DNA of 64,000 bases from Adineta vaga (Eukaryota; Animalia; Rotifera): positions 11,160,001-11,224,000 of the forward strand of contig CP075492.1 of NCBI GenBank assembly GCA_021613535.1, written 5' to 3'. The translations under genes and the position numbers were made by a program. Shown in pieces: positions 28,307 to 41,909 of the stretch. The notes beneath the pieces were generated by a model. That model searched no databases and was not told the origin of the DNA. It worked only from the letters and a program-made list of their open reading frames with translations. Positions within the stretch are counted from its first letter, which is position 1, and each line of letters starts with the position of its first letter.

Positions 28307-31300
28307 ATGGATGTATCGAAAACGTCGATTTTGAATAAACTTCAAGAAGGTGCATCATTTATTAAATTCAATGCGGATGGTTCTCAAACCGATGGATTTT
28401 TCTATATTTCTCCTAAACTAAATAGTCTTTGGTTTAATACATCGAGAAAACGTTTTCAAAATTGTGCAAATGAATGTAAAAGAAATTTATATTATTATTT
28501 TCATTATTTCTTCGTTTTTTTTCTTCTTCCTCCAATAGATCCGTTGAAAGATTGTCAGGTTCGACCGAATTTAAAATCAGATACTTGGTTAAAAGTACTT
28601 CGACTAGGCAAAGTTCGCGAACAACAAGTAAGAAGAAGAAAACTATAAAATTTAATTATTCAATCTTTTTTTTTCAGAGTGATTTGGCTTTTTCAATCTT
28701 ACATAGTCGAGGTCGAAAAAGTTTAGATTTATTAGCAAGTGATACAGAAACACGTAATATTTGGGTCAAAGGTTTAGACATGTTAATACAAGATAGTATT
28801 GGAAAACCTTACACAAGAATTACGAATCGGTAATAGGATTATCTTTTTCTCGATAATTATTATAACATTCTATTGAATATTTATAGATGGCTTGAAAGTC
28901 TTTTTAATCTAGCAGATCGTGATCGAAATAATCTTCTATGTAAAGGTGAACTTTATCAATTATTGGAAAAATTGAATATTCGTTTGACAACAGATGAATT
29001 CGAACAATATCTTCATGTAAGTGAGAATGAATCAAATGAATAAAAACATTGAGAAATGATTCTTTAGCAAGCTGGTTTAAGTTTAGCAATACTTCGTGGT
29101 CAACTTCGTGCAGAAGAATTTATAACATTTTATCAAATGTTAACGTATCGACCAGAATTGATGCATATTATTCATACGTATGTTTTGATAGATATGCAAC
29201 TTGAATGAATGATTGTCTTTTGATTTCATTTTTTCAGTTATAGCGAATCATGTGAACTTTGTACATGTAATGGAAATCCAACAATAGCAATGATTTGTAC
29301 TGAAGTAACACGAACGTTTCTTGATCCATCGGTTATATTTGGATCTCGAATGTTACATTCATCCTTATGTGGATCATCAACTTCATCGAAGTCGAATACT
29401 TATAATTATATGACAATTGAAGAAGTAAAAGAATTTCTAATGAACGAACAAAATGTATGTTCAAGTTGTGTCTTCTTTATATTATCATTTTTCTAATTAC
29501 ATTCTAGCAAAGATTATCATCAAGTGAAGTAGCTGAACTAATAAAAAAATTTGATCCATCTACTGAAGGAAAAGAATGCATCGAACTGGGTGTTGATGGT
29601 CAGTACTTTTTATATTGATTGTTGAATAAATATTTGTTCAATTGATTAAAGGTCTTCGAGAAATGTTACTAAGTGATGAATATCAACTAATGAATCAAGA
29701 ACATCGAACTAGAATCTATCAAGATATGACAAAACCATTGACGGATTATTGGGTTAATACTTCACACAATACGTATATTTAAAAATGAATAAAAAATGGT
29801 CTTTATCAATGATTATTTCAGATATCTTTGTGCAACTCAAGTTGTTGGTGATTCAACTGGTGAAGCCTATGTACAAGCATTACAACAAGGTTGTCGATGT
29901 GTTGAATGTAACTATATAATAAAAAATACATCTAAAAAGTAAGGAAATCCGAACTTTGTTGCTTCTAGTGGATCTTCATGATGGACCAGATGGTCATCCA
30001 GTTGTTCGACATGGATTCACATTAGTGAAAGATGCTAGTTTACGAGAAATTCTCAATCAAATTAAACAATTTGCTTTTTGTGCTTCACCGTATGTTTCTG
30101 AATATCTTTCCTATTTTCTCATCTAATTTCATTTCCAAAGATATCCATTATTTCTCAATCTTGAAAATCATTGTTCAAGTAAACAACAAACAATTGTTGC
30201 ACGCTTTTTCATTGATATCTTTGGACGTAATATATCACTTCATCTAAACTTTGTATTAATCATTGATTATTTATAGCATCAATTTATACAGCAGAAGAAG
30301 CAATTGCTTGTGCAATATGGCCATCACCTGAAGAACTCAAAGGACGTATTATTCTTCGTGTATGTTTGTTAATCAATCAATAGAATATTTCCTATGTACA
30401 TTTCTAGGGACGTGTTTCACCAAAGAATGACATATCAATTGATCAGAGCAACGGAGATGAATATTTTGATTCAGATATTTCTGTAAATTTTCATCGTAAT
30501 CGTTTTTATTCAATACAATTTCTTTTCTTTTAGGGCTTCTGTAATGAATTAGCTAATCTTGTTGCGTGTCAAAACACAACATTCAAAGGATTTAAAATCG
30601 GTAAATACTGTAAGCAGTTATGATCTAATCAGATGCATAGATAGATTTTATCTTTTTTCTTTCTGATTTCAGATAAACATTATCAATCATCATCATTAGC
30701 TGAAAAGAAAGCTTCAGAGGCTGTTGACCATCGTGCACTCGAGTTAATTCATCATAATCAACGTTTCATAACGCGAGTTTATCCATCTGCTTATCGACAA
30801 GATTCAAGTAATGTCGAAGCTGTTTCATTTTGGAATACAGGTGTACATATGGGTTTGTAGATACTTTATCTAATCTATATTCTATTCCTTTTTCTTTGAT
30901 AGTTGCTTTGAATTTTCAAACTGGTGATGTATCCATGTCACTCAATCATGGTCGATTTTCAGATAACAATCAATGTGGATATATTTTGAAACCTGCAATT
31001 TTACGAACACGTAAGAATTGAAATTAATAGAGAGCAAATGAAGAGCATATCTTTTATATCTTTAGAAAATACAACATTTAATCCAAATAGTTGTTTTTCT
31101 GCTTACTTACTTGCACAACGACGACCAATTAAATTAGAACTTTGCGTTAGTATTTTTTATATAATTCTTTAAAAAGATGAGAAATCATCGTTTTCTTTTA
31201 GGTTATCAGTGCCCAACATTTACCAAAACGAAATCAACGTGATCCAACACCTGTATCACCTTCTGTCAAAGTGAAAATATTTGGTGTTCATTGTGGTAAG

Positions 31301-31689
31301 AGAAGAGAAAAAGAACTCTTTCATTTCAATCAATATTTCATTTTGTTCAAGATCAAAATGAACAAAAAACATTGTCTGTATCTAAAAATGGTCTAAATCC
31401 TATATGGAATCAATTAATGCAATTTTCGATTGTTATTCCTGAATTATGTCTTCTTCGATTTTCAGTCAAAGATAGTGATAAAAACAATACAGATCTTTGT
31501 CAATATTCAATTCCATTTCTTTCGATGCAACCAGGTAAAAAACCTCAAATATATTTCGAACAGATGTAATTATTTCTTTAATTCACAATAGGTTATCGAC
31601 ATATCCGATTGCTGGATAATTACAATCATCCAACGACAGCAACTTTATTTGTTCATGTAAAACTAAATAATATGGAATCAACGAATTAA
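28307..31689 (+). CDS. Phosphoinositide phospholipase C (delta-like: PH, EF, X, Y, C2; multi-exon)
   Basis: PH FSILH...SLDLLA...WVKGL. X box [33 protein letters not shown] box [28 protein letters not shown]2 [16 protein letters not shown]. Confidence 0.93.
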
Positions 31690-31975
31690 CTTTCAAAGAC
31701 ACATAAAAACTTACAATTAAAATGCTTCGCACACATATATATATAGCTTTATTAAATATTCTATTATTCGAGACGAACTGAAATGAAACGTATCTTTCTT
31801 TCTTTCTTTTGGTTAAGAATATAAAATTAAAAATTGTTTGTCAAGAGATCAATATGAAAATTCCTTGTTCATTTCTATATCTAGTTCATTTATTATATTC
31901 ACAAAGAAAAATTTTATAAAACACACAATGTAGAAGTATTGCACATTTTAACATGTGAGACCATCGAGTTTTGTT

Positions 31976-34588
31976 CTAGGAAACATGATCAATCATTTGT
32001 ATGGATGTTTTTTTTCGCTTATTTGTTCGATCGGGTATTGGTATTTGACTTTGTAAACCATATTTTTCTAACCATTCTTCGACAGACTTATTCAATGTAC
32101 GACCTGATTTACCAATTTCGGATTCCGGCTATTGAAAAAAAAAGACAAATAATCAATCGAATTTCAGACAAAAAACCTATACGAACTCTATTAAATGTTG
32201 AACAATTTTGAAACATGAGATGTACATCAGCAAGAAATTCATCCATATTTGTATATGAACTAATTTTTTCTTTAATCGTACGCAGATCCATTGGACGAGT
32301 AATGATTTTATGATAACCAATGCACTTTAAAAAAAAGGAAATAAGCAAAAATTCAACAATAAATCAAATAATTTTCATGAAAAATAAGTTACATCTGCTG
32401 GTACTGGATGATGAAACGGACCACTTGATGGATGTGTATACATTTGTAAAACTAATTTTTCACAAATCTTTTTGTCAGTTGATGATAATTTATCATTTGT
32501 TTCATCATGTTTTCGTTTGAATCCTATTGTCGAATTATTATTGATTTCGCAACATAAACTACATTTCCATTTATCATTCATTGATACTTCATTTAATGAT
32601 GGAACATGACAATCAATATGATAAACACGTGGACATGCATCACAACATACAAGTTCGCCACCACAACGACAAACGGCACAATAATCATCACTTGTATCGA
32701 GTAATATGGCTGGTTGAATATCATTATCAGGCGCATCACTTGTTGATATTTGTGACGAATATTTATTGATTTTTCTAAAAGAAAATAATTATTTTCTCAT
32801 TCAGATAAAACACATTAATTACTTGTGTTCGATTCCATTGATTTGTTCTTAATGAAATCAAGCAAATTAAAATAGAAAAAAAAATTCCTTTTCCATCAAA
32901 AAACAAACTTACCTTCGGGAAATCCTGGTCTATTATTATTCGTTATTTTCTTTCTGCCATTTTGTACTAATACACCAAGACTAGTAATTGTTGAACGAAT
33001 ATTTTTTGGATCATAAGGTGTAAAATTTAATTGAAAAGGATTTACTGCTTTTGACCAAACAGAATTTTGATGAAGTAAGTGATCTAATCGTTTAGTCATA
33101 ATACGATTAGATGTTAATAATGCAGTTTTCGATCCTATTTAGTAAAACGAATATGAGAAGAACATTTGAATAGAAATAGTATACCAGTGGTTAATGCTTC
33201 ATTGACAAAATCAAGTGAATGATCTATATTTTGCAAGTATTGTTCAAATCGTGTATTTCTAAAAATCAGATCAATTTTTATCTTTAAAAGGAATGCTTTC
33301 ATAACGGTCAGGATATTTATATAAGTTCTAAGAGCTATTCTCACTAATGCATCTATAAAACGAAAGGAAAATATTCAAAGATATATGTTTACTTTTCCAC
33401 GAATTGTGTTCGCGCTTGATTACATATTGCTGTTGTTTCATTAATTAATTGTTTGCATGCTTTGCTCACTTCAGTAATCATATTCAAACCAAATAATTTG
33501 ATGTCATCTATAACACGTTGTTCCGTTTGATTTATATCAGATCGTTGTTGATTTCGTGTTGTTTGAATTTTATTTAACATTAATCGAACATCACGAACTT
33601 TATCCACTGATGTTTGAAGATTTACTTTTTGAGTTTGTATTGCTTCATCAATGAATAAATATCGATGATTTTTATGTAATGTGATTTGACATTCATCACT
33701 GAACAAAAAGAAGGTAAATTTGAATTTCAAATAAATGAAAAATGAAAAATGAATTCTATCTTACCATGTTAATATTTGACAATCTTGACAGAAATTACGA
33801 GCTAATTCTTCTTTGTGAATCTAAACAAAAATTGAATTTTATCAAAATTTCAACAGATCAAATGTTTCTTTTTTTCAAACTCACCTGACATAATAATTTT
33901 TCACTTTGAGTCATTCGTCGAATTTGTCTTGCTTCTTCATTATTTTTTTGTGTAACTGTATGATCTTTTGTTAGACGAACTCGAGCATGAGCATTCTTAC
34001 ATTGAGTACAAAGCCAATCAGCACAATTATCGCAGTACCTAGAGAATACAAACGATAATCATAAGTATGTAGAACTAGATTGAAAAGGACTTCATTCACG
34101 AAACATCATTTCAAAAAAAATCTTCTTGAAATTATTACAGTCAGAATACGATGCCTTCGTATGTACTTACCAATCTGCAACATTTCCTTCTTCACAATTA
34201 CTACAATGTGAAAATAATCCATTGGCATCATTCTCTTCCATTGCATATAAATTGTTACAGATAGTATCTCCTCGACTTTTATGATTACATGCCGGACATG
34301 TATATAGTGTTCCTAAACAAAAAAAAAGAAAGATCATCATAGAGCATTGATTTTAAAATGCAATTTCTTACCACTTGTATCATCTTTTATTTTATCTAAA
34401 CATTGATTGCAAACCGAATGAAGACAAGCTAATAGTTTCGATGAACATGATCGAAGATCTTGTTGACATGAAATACATATTGTTGGTGATTCTTCATTTG
34501 TTATCGTAATTCGATTATTTGACGGCGTTGGATCATCAATGAGAAATGAATTAAAAGGAGAATTTCTTCTATCTTCAATACGTGCCAT
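31976..34588 (-). CDS. TIF1-family TRIM protein (TRIM24/28/33/bonus-like: RING, B-boxes, coiled coil, PHD, bromodomain)
   Basis: RING CISC...KLLACLHSVCNQC; B-box CADWLCTQCKNAHARVRLTKDH; PHD DDYCAVCRCGGELVCCDACPRVYH; bromodomain YHKIITRPMDL...FQNCSTFN. Confidence 0.92.
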
Positions 34589-34672
34589 TATCTTTACGTA
34601 TTTTTCCTGTTATTGTTATTATTTTTCCTATACGAAACAACAAAAGTATTGTTTATGCTCAATCATTCTCAT

Positions 34673-34700
34673 TGATTGGTTGATTTTATTGAACCAATCA
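34673..34700. promoter_or_regulatory. Inverted pair of CCAAT boxes in the TRIM/SETDB1 divergent promoter
   Basis: TGATTGGTT (34673-34681) and AACCAATCA (34692-34700) form a perfect 9-bp inverted repeat between two start codons 242 nt apart. Confidence 0.6.
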
Positions 34701-34830
34701 AATTTTATTTAATGACCTCTTTGTGTATACCTACTTCTTTGTTATATGATTAAACGATAAATCGATAAAGTTCTCTCTTCATCTTCGAGAAAAATAATCT
34801 TTTATTTGAAAAAAAAACCCCACTAATCCA

Positions 34831-37123
34831 ATGCCTGTGGCTATTGATGTTGGCCAACGTGTACTTGTCTATAATCCTTCACATGGATGGACACTAGCAT
34901 ATTTTGTCACTGCACAACAAACAAATGATAATAAACTTCAAATATTAGTAAATATTCAAGAAAATTAATTTTTTTAACAAAAGAAACGATGACATTTTTT
35001 TGCTTTAGACATGTAGGTTATCAAATTGTCATCATAAAGCAACTTCTCAAGATCATTATCGTTATCCACCTGAACGTGTAGCATTAAATGATACTGTTGC
35101 AAATAATCTCAATATTGGTATACGTGTTCTCTGTATGCCAAGTGGGGATGCAGATACATCTAGATACATCGATAAACCATTACGTGGCATTGTTGCTGAA
35201 CAACCATCATCTATAAATAATCAACGTTATTTAATTTTTGCTGATAATGATTCTCCATTCTATCTCCGTTCAATTGCAATACATCTTTTACTTGAATCTT
35301 TATCAAATTATTTATCGAAAGTGGATTTAGGTACAAAACATTATATTGAAAATTATGTCTTGACCTATCCAAAACGACGTCTTGTCAATGTCTCAGCAAA
35401 AGATCATATTAATATTGAATTAAATGGACAATGGGTTGATGCAATCATATCTAAAGTTGAAGGAAGTCTTATTCGAGTATTTATTCCATTTTTAAATAAA
35501 CATGAATGGCTCTATCGAGGTTCGTTAAGATTACAACCTCTATTTAATTCTTTATCATCGTATGAACCACCCTGTAAACGTTTAGCAATAGAAAAAGACA
35601 TAAAAATTGATAATAAATGTCATTTTTTACTGATACCATTGAATCAAGGTTGGAAACGTCAAATACGAAATGATCTTGGTACGATTGTTTATATATCACC
35701 ATGTGGTCAAATGTTTACTGACGCTGATCGTTTACAAAGTCATCTATTTCAAATGAATTCAATCTTAAATATTAGACAATTTTCATTTGATATGAACTGT
35801 CGTGTAACACAAAAATTTATTTTATCAAAACCATCATTGATTCAAATCGATGATTATTCATCTGAACGTGAAAAAGTTCCATTAATGCTAGTCAATGAAT
35901 TAGATTCAACTTTACCGAAAACATTCGAATATATTACAGATAGAATACCATTAACAGCAGATATTACTATTGATACAAGTACGATACAAGGTTGTTCATG
36001 TACAGATGGATGTCTTGATCCAACAAAATGTGCTTGTTGGAAGAGAACATATGATGCTCTGATTGAATCACATTATTATGAAGATGTTATTGCTGAATTA
36101 AAAGAATTATTTGAAGAAGAAGAAGATGATAATCCAGAAAGAATGAGATTATATTTGTATGAAGCATTATCGAAAAGAAATTATGGATATAAACATGGTC
36201 GATTATTAGAAAAGATTCATTCAGGTATGATACGTTGTATATAATTATAATTCATTATTATTCATTTTTGCTTTTCAAAGGTATTTATGAATGTAATGGA
36301 AAATGTCAATGCGATTCGGAATGTACGAATCGATGTGTACAATTTGGTTTAAATACTCTACTTCAAATATATCATACTGCAGAGAAAGGATGGGGTGTAA
36401 GAACATTGTATGATTTACCAGCAGGTACATTTCTAAGTTTTTATGCTGGTGAAATTCTTAATGATGAAGACGCAAATCGACGTGGTGTACAAAAAAATAT
36501 GGGTGATGTATATTTTACTGCATTGGATTTCGTTGCTTCTTTAAATCCGTCAACATCACCAAGAAAACCAAGACCAATTATGAATATGAACAATGGAAAT
36601 CATGCGAATCATACAAATGTATCAGTAGATGTTCAACAGAATGGAAGTAAGTTTTTTTTCTTGTATTTAATAAAAAGAAATGAAACAATCGATTATAAAT
36701 TTAGATGGTCATGGTGTTGTTCATGTAGGAGACGGAAATGATGAAGAAGATCTTCCAATTGAAAAGACGAGAGCTTTTCTAGAATATCAACAAGCAAATT
36801 ATGATCCAGGTATTTATGTTATGGATGCACATTTAAAAGGCAATGTTACACGTTTCTATAATCATTCATGTTCACCAAATGTGTTTGTTCAAAATGTCTT
36901 TATTGAATCATGGGATGTAAGATTTCCTTGGGTCGCATTTTTTACTACTAGTCATATTAAAGCTGGAACAGAACTTGTTTGGGATTATTCGTATGAAGTA
37001 AGAATTTGAAGAATTTAGTTTTAATCTATACTTTCTTTATTATTTTCCTAGGTGGATACAGTAGAAAATCGTGTCTTACATTGTCGTTGCGGTTCAGATG
37101 AATGTCGTCATCGTTTACTCTAA
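34831..37123 (+). CDS. SETDB1: Histone H3K9 methyltransferase SETDB1/eggless (Tudor, MBD, pre-SET, split SET, post-SET)
   Basis: Tudor RGIVAE...YLIFAD, EWLYRGSLRL; MBD GWKR...YISPCG; pre-SET GCSCTDGC; KGWGVR; SET insert; GNVTRFYNHSCSPNVFVQNVF; ELVWDYSYE; CRCGSDECRHRLL*. Confidence 0.95.
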
Positions 37124-37542
37124 GTTTGTTTTGTTTCTTTTTTAAAGTTCTGTCCTATTGTACTCATCTAATGTTGATTGTTCTATTTGAATAGCAAATT
37201 ATTCTTCGTGTTTTTTTTGTGTATAATATTGTACAGATAATAAATCAAATGAAAAGCGCATTAATATATGTTACTAGTTGATACTCTAATTGCTCACTAA
37301 TTTCAACTACAATGGGAAGATATTTTCATCGATTTTTGTATTATTATTTAAAAAAATGTATGCCGATGATTAAGTGCTTGCGAAAAGGTACAAAAAGATA
37401 TATAAAGGTATGTAGAATTAATTCAGTTAGTTTTCTCTAATATTTACGTTGTTGACTGATTTTGAATTGAAATTTAGCATGGAAGAGTTGCGTTTTTGAT
37501 TCGTTAGTTCGATTCGAAAAAATGACGTATAGTATGAATAGT

Positions 37543-40500
37543 TTAGATGTTCACCATTTTATTTCTCATAAATCCTAGTTTAGTTCTACACAGTGTTGTA
37601 TGTGGATGAGTTGGTAACAGGATTTCTTCGAAAATCATCAATGCTTTCTCGTAATATAGAATTGCTTTTGAATATTCATCTGTAATTTCGTATACAAGTC
37701 CCAAATTATCATATGACATGGCGAGATCAATATGTTGTGGAGGAAGTGTATTTAGACAAATTTTCAGCGCTTTTTCATAGAAAGAAAGTGCTTGTGAGTA
37801 TTCACCCCTATTGTTATGCAACTTGCCGATGTTGTTCAATGAATTAATCAATAAAATGTGATTCGACGAACAAGAGTTTTGACAAATATCAAGTGCTTTT
37901 TGATGGAATGCAAACGCTGTTGTGTAATCACCTCTTTTTTCGTATACTCGACCTATATTGTTGTAGGTGGTAACCAAATCAGGGTGAGTCGAAGGAAGAG
38001 TTGCTTGGTAAATTTCCAGAGCTCTCTCATAAAACGAAAGAGCTTCTGAATACTCATTCAAATTAGAATAGGTTAATCCCATACTATTGTAGGATTTGGC
38101 TAAATCAGGATGATTAAAAGGAAAAATCTTTTGACGAATTTCAAAACTAAGTTTGCACGATGAAAATGCATTTGTATAATCACCCCTTTTGCAATATACT
38201 ATTCCAATATTGTTAAGAAAATTGGCAAACACTGGGTGATCAGATGGAAGTATATTGTGGCAGATTTCAAGCGCTTTTTTATGAAAAGAAATCGCTTTTA
38301 CGAATTCACTTCTATTGTCATATATTAAACCGATATTGCTATACAGAGTGGCTAGATCAAGGTGAATTGGAGAAAGAATATTTTGGTGAATTTCAAGCGC
38401 TTTCTCATAATAAGAAAGTGCTTTCAAGTAGTCAGCCATTTGATAATATACTACTCCCATATTATTATAGGAATTAGCCAATTCTAAACAAGTCGGAGAA
38501 AGAATTTGTTCATTGATTTCAATGTTTTTCTCTGAAAAATTGATTGCTTTTGAATGCTCGCCTAATTTCGAATATGCCAAGCTGATGTTATTGTAGCATG
38601 TAGCGAGAAGTGAGTCTGTAGGAGAAAGAATATTTTGAAAAATAACAAGTGTCTTTTCGTAAAACGTAACAGCTTTTGAATATTGGCCTATACTATAATA
38701 TGACTGACCGATATTGTTGTTACAATTAGCTAATAAAGATTCATTCACAGGTTGAATTGTTTGATAGATTTCAAGTGCTTTTTGGTGAAACGAAATTGCT
38801 TTTGAATGTTCGTTAAGGTTTTGATATGCAACGCCAATATTGTTATAGACAGTACCGAAATCAATATTATCTGAGGATGAAGTTTCTTTATAGATATCAA
38901 GTGCCTTTTCGTAAGTCGATATTGCTTGCAAATGTTGTTTCATATTGTCATAAACGGAACCAATACTGTTATATGTAATGGCGATTAAGGAATGATTTTC
39001 AGGCAAATTACTTTGATAAACTTGCAAGGCTTTCTTGAAAAATGAAAGTGCTTCCACATAATTCATCTCTTTATCGTACACGATACAATGTTTGTGTAGC
39101 AAGTACCAATATCGATATGTTGTGGAGGATTGACTTTTTCATAGTTTTCAAGAGCTTTGTTATAGTATGTAAATGCTTGCGAGTATTCGTCTGCATTGTG
39201 ATATATAAATCCCATATTGTTATAAGATTTTGCTAGTTCTGAATAATTTACAGGAAGCATATTCTCATAAATTTGTATATGTTTTTCACCTAATGAACAT
39301 GCTTTGACATGCTCATTCATTTTCGAATAAACCATGGCAATGTTGTTATAGGCAGTAGCTAACATATCGTTATTCGTAGAGAGCGAATTCTGATATATGT
39401 CTATGGCTTTTTGATAAAATGAAACTGATGTTGAATAATCATTCATATTATCATACACTGAACCAAAGCTTTCGTAGGAAGTAGCTAATAAAGGATGATT
39501 TCCAGGCAATGTTTTCTTATAAATATCAAGTGCTTGTTCATGATACCAAATTGCTTTGGAATACTCGCCTATTGTGTCATATACCCGACCTATATTGTTG
39601 TAGGCTGTAGCTAGATCATCATGAGTTGCTGGAAGAGTCTTTTGAAAGATTGTAAGTGCCTTCTCGTAGTATGAAAGAGCTTTTAACGGTTCGTTCATAT
39701 TGAAATATACCAATCCCATACTATTATACGATTTAGCGAAGTCTGGATGTTCGGAAGATGATATTTTTTCATGAATTTCAATATGTTTTTCACAATATGA
39801 AAGTGCTTTTGAATATTCACCTATTTTGCAAAATACCATACTGATGTTATTATACAGAGTCGCAAATAAAGAATGATTAGGAGGAAGAGAATCTTGATAA
39901 ATGGCTAATGCCTTTTCGTAGAATAATATTGCTTGTGAATATGTTCCTATGTTATCGCAGATCAGTCCATAATTGTTGAAGGCTTTAGCTAAATCGGGAT
40001 GGTTCGAGGGAAGTAGCTGTTCGCTTATTTTAACGCTTTCTTTACAGTACGACGATGCCTTGGAATATTCACCTATTTTAATATATATTATTGCGATATT
40101 ATTGTACGATGTCGATAACATAGCATGATTAGATGGAAGAATACGTTTGCAGATTTTAAGTGCTTTCTCATGAAAGAAAATTGCTTGCGTGTAATCGCCC
40201 ATATTATCGTACACCAAACCGATATTATTGTATGTAGCAGCCATTAAAAAATGATTCGATGTTGAATTAGTTTTCTCGTATATATCAAGCGCCTGCTGAT
40301 AAAAGGAAATCGATTTCGTGTAATCGCTCTGAGCACTTTTGATCAATCCAAGTTGATTATATAATGGTCCTTTTTCATGCTCATCGGATGTATTATCTAA
40401 TAGAACCGTATAAACTTTCTCTGCATTATCACAATCATCTAATGTGATTAACAATTTACCTAATCGATCCCATTCTGATGATCCACCTTGTGTTTCCTCA

Positions 40501-41786
40501 CGTATATGTTCTGTAAGTGCAATGAGCTGTGGATCACTCTCATCAGTTAATGTAAGTTTTACGTGCCATAATTGATTGTTATCATCAATCGATTCGATAT
40601 CACCGATTCGAAAAACTGTGTGCATGGAAAAGAGAATTTCTTGTTCAGACGAAAAATGACTAATATTATTAATCAATGCGAAAGGAGTCGATGAGATCAG
40701 TCGATCAACTGTTATTTCAAACAGAATTCCTACTGTTTCAGAGTTACATCGATTACTATCAGCAAAAGCATACGAAGTTGATGAATCTGTACTCGTCGAT
40801 AAGAAATTGTTAAAAGACATGAGTCCATTTTTTGCCTGTAGTAGTTTTTCGAAATCATTGTTGGACAAACCTTGACCTCGATAAACAGTAAATCGTTGCA
40901 TATCTTGCATATTTGATTGTTCTAAGTACAATTTTTTAATATGTTGATGTAGATCGCGAATAAAGCCACGCATTTTGAGAATGGTATCTACTTCCAATGT
41001 TCGGAGAGCACGATTCAACATTGGATAGAGTAAAGACTCAAAAGTATACCACCATATTGGTGTATGAAGATGATAGTCTTGTTCAATCTTTGTAATCTTT
41101 TCGAGTGCACTACGATTGTCATTATATTGAACACGACAATAATTTACTAATTCTTGGATAGAATTTACGTCGTTATCAATTGCTAACAGAATTTCTTTTA
41201 GTAATTGAGTATACATAAAAGATGGATCCAGATGATCTAAATTCTTATTGGAGGATGTCGAATTAATTGAAGCAAAACTAATTGGAATTGAATCTTGATC
41301 ACATTGTCGCGCTGCCTTTTTCAATGAATCACAAACGAAATGAATTTCAGTGAAAACGCCTTTGACTTTTGGCCAATGTGTTGTCCATGCTTTGTCATAA
41401 GTTTCATTTTCACAAAAGATAAAAATAGAATGAAGTTGTGACACATCGTGAATAACGGAAACGACATTTTGTGCGATAGGACTGGAGACGATCAAAAATG
41501 ACTTTTCAGCTTTAATTCTATTAAGAAAGCTTACGCATCGATCGACATCAGTAAATACATCAATAGTGTTAACGGTTTTCTGTAAATAAGTTAAAGAATT
41601 TTGATAATGATCACTAGATTCATCGATATTGGCATCTAACCATATGAGCCGAAAGTTTTGTAGAATACGCCGTCGTAACATGCCATCCTCGGTTTTTTCC
41701 GATGCGTTATCAAGTGTGGGCAATGGTGTTATAGAACTATTAAACATGTGAGATTCATGCGTTGATTTCGATTCCGTCTGGCCCAT
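37543..41786 (-). CDS. Intronless ADP-ribosyltransferase (R-S-E class) + long TPR-array protein; 1-bp frameshift at ~39086
   Basis: ART motifs VYRGQ, NFLSTS and SEQEILF are followed by roughly 22-23 TPRs of ~42 aa (YNNIG...KAL). The two ORFs join if one G is restored (aac att g[g]t atc = NIGI). Confidence 0.88.
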
Positions 41787-41868
41787 TTTAATTATTGTTT
41801 CGGGTCAGACGGCGGGCCTATGCTAGATACGTTTGATAACCGATGATAACAGGAAAAAAGAACAAAAC

Positions 41869-41892
41869 ATATATATATATATATATATATAT
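41869..41892. repeat. (AT)n microsatellite
   Basis: Run of atatat upstream of the ART-TPR gene. Confidence 0.9.
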
Positions 41893-41909
41893 AAGTATAT
41901 AAGTATATG

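Noticed and set aside
37543-40400. 126-nt periodicity as a CRISPR-like or satellite array
   Set aside because: Fully explained by coding TPR repeats; no identical direct repeats with spacers.
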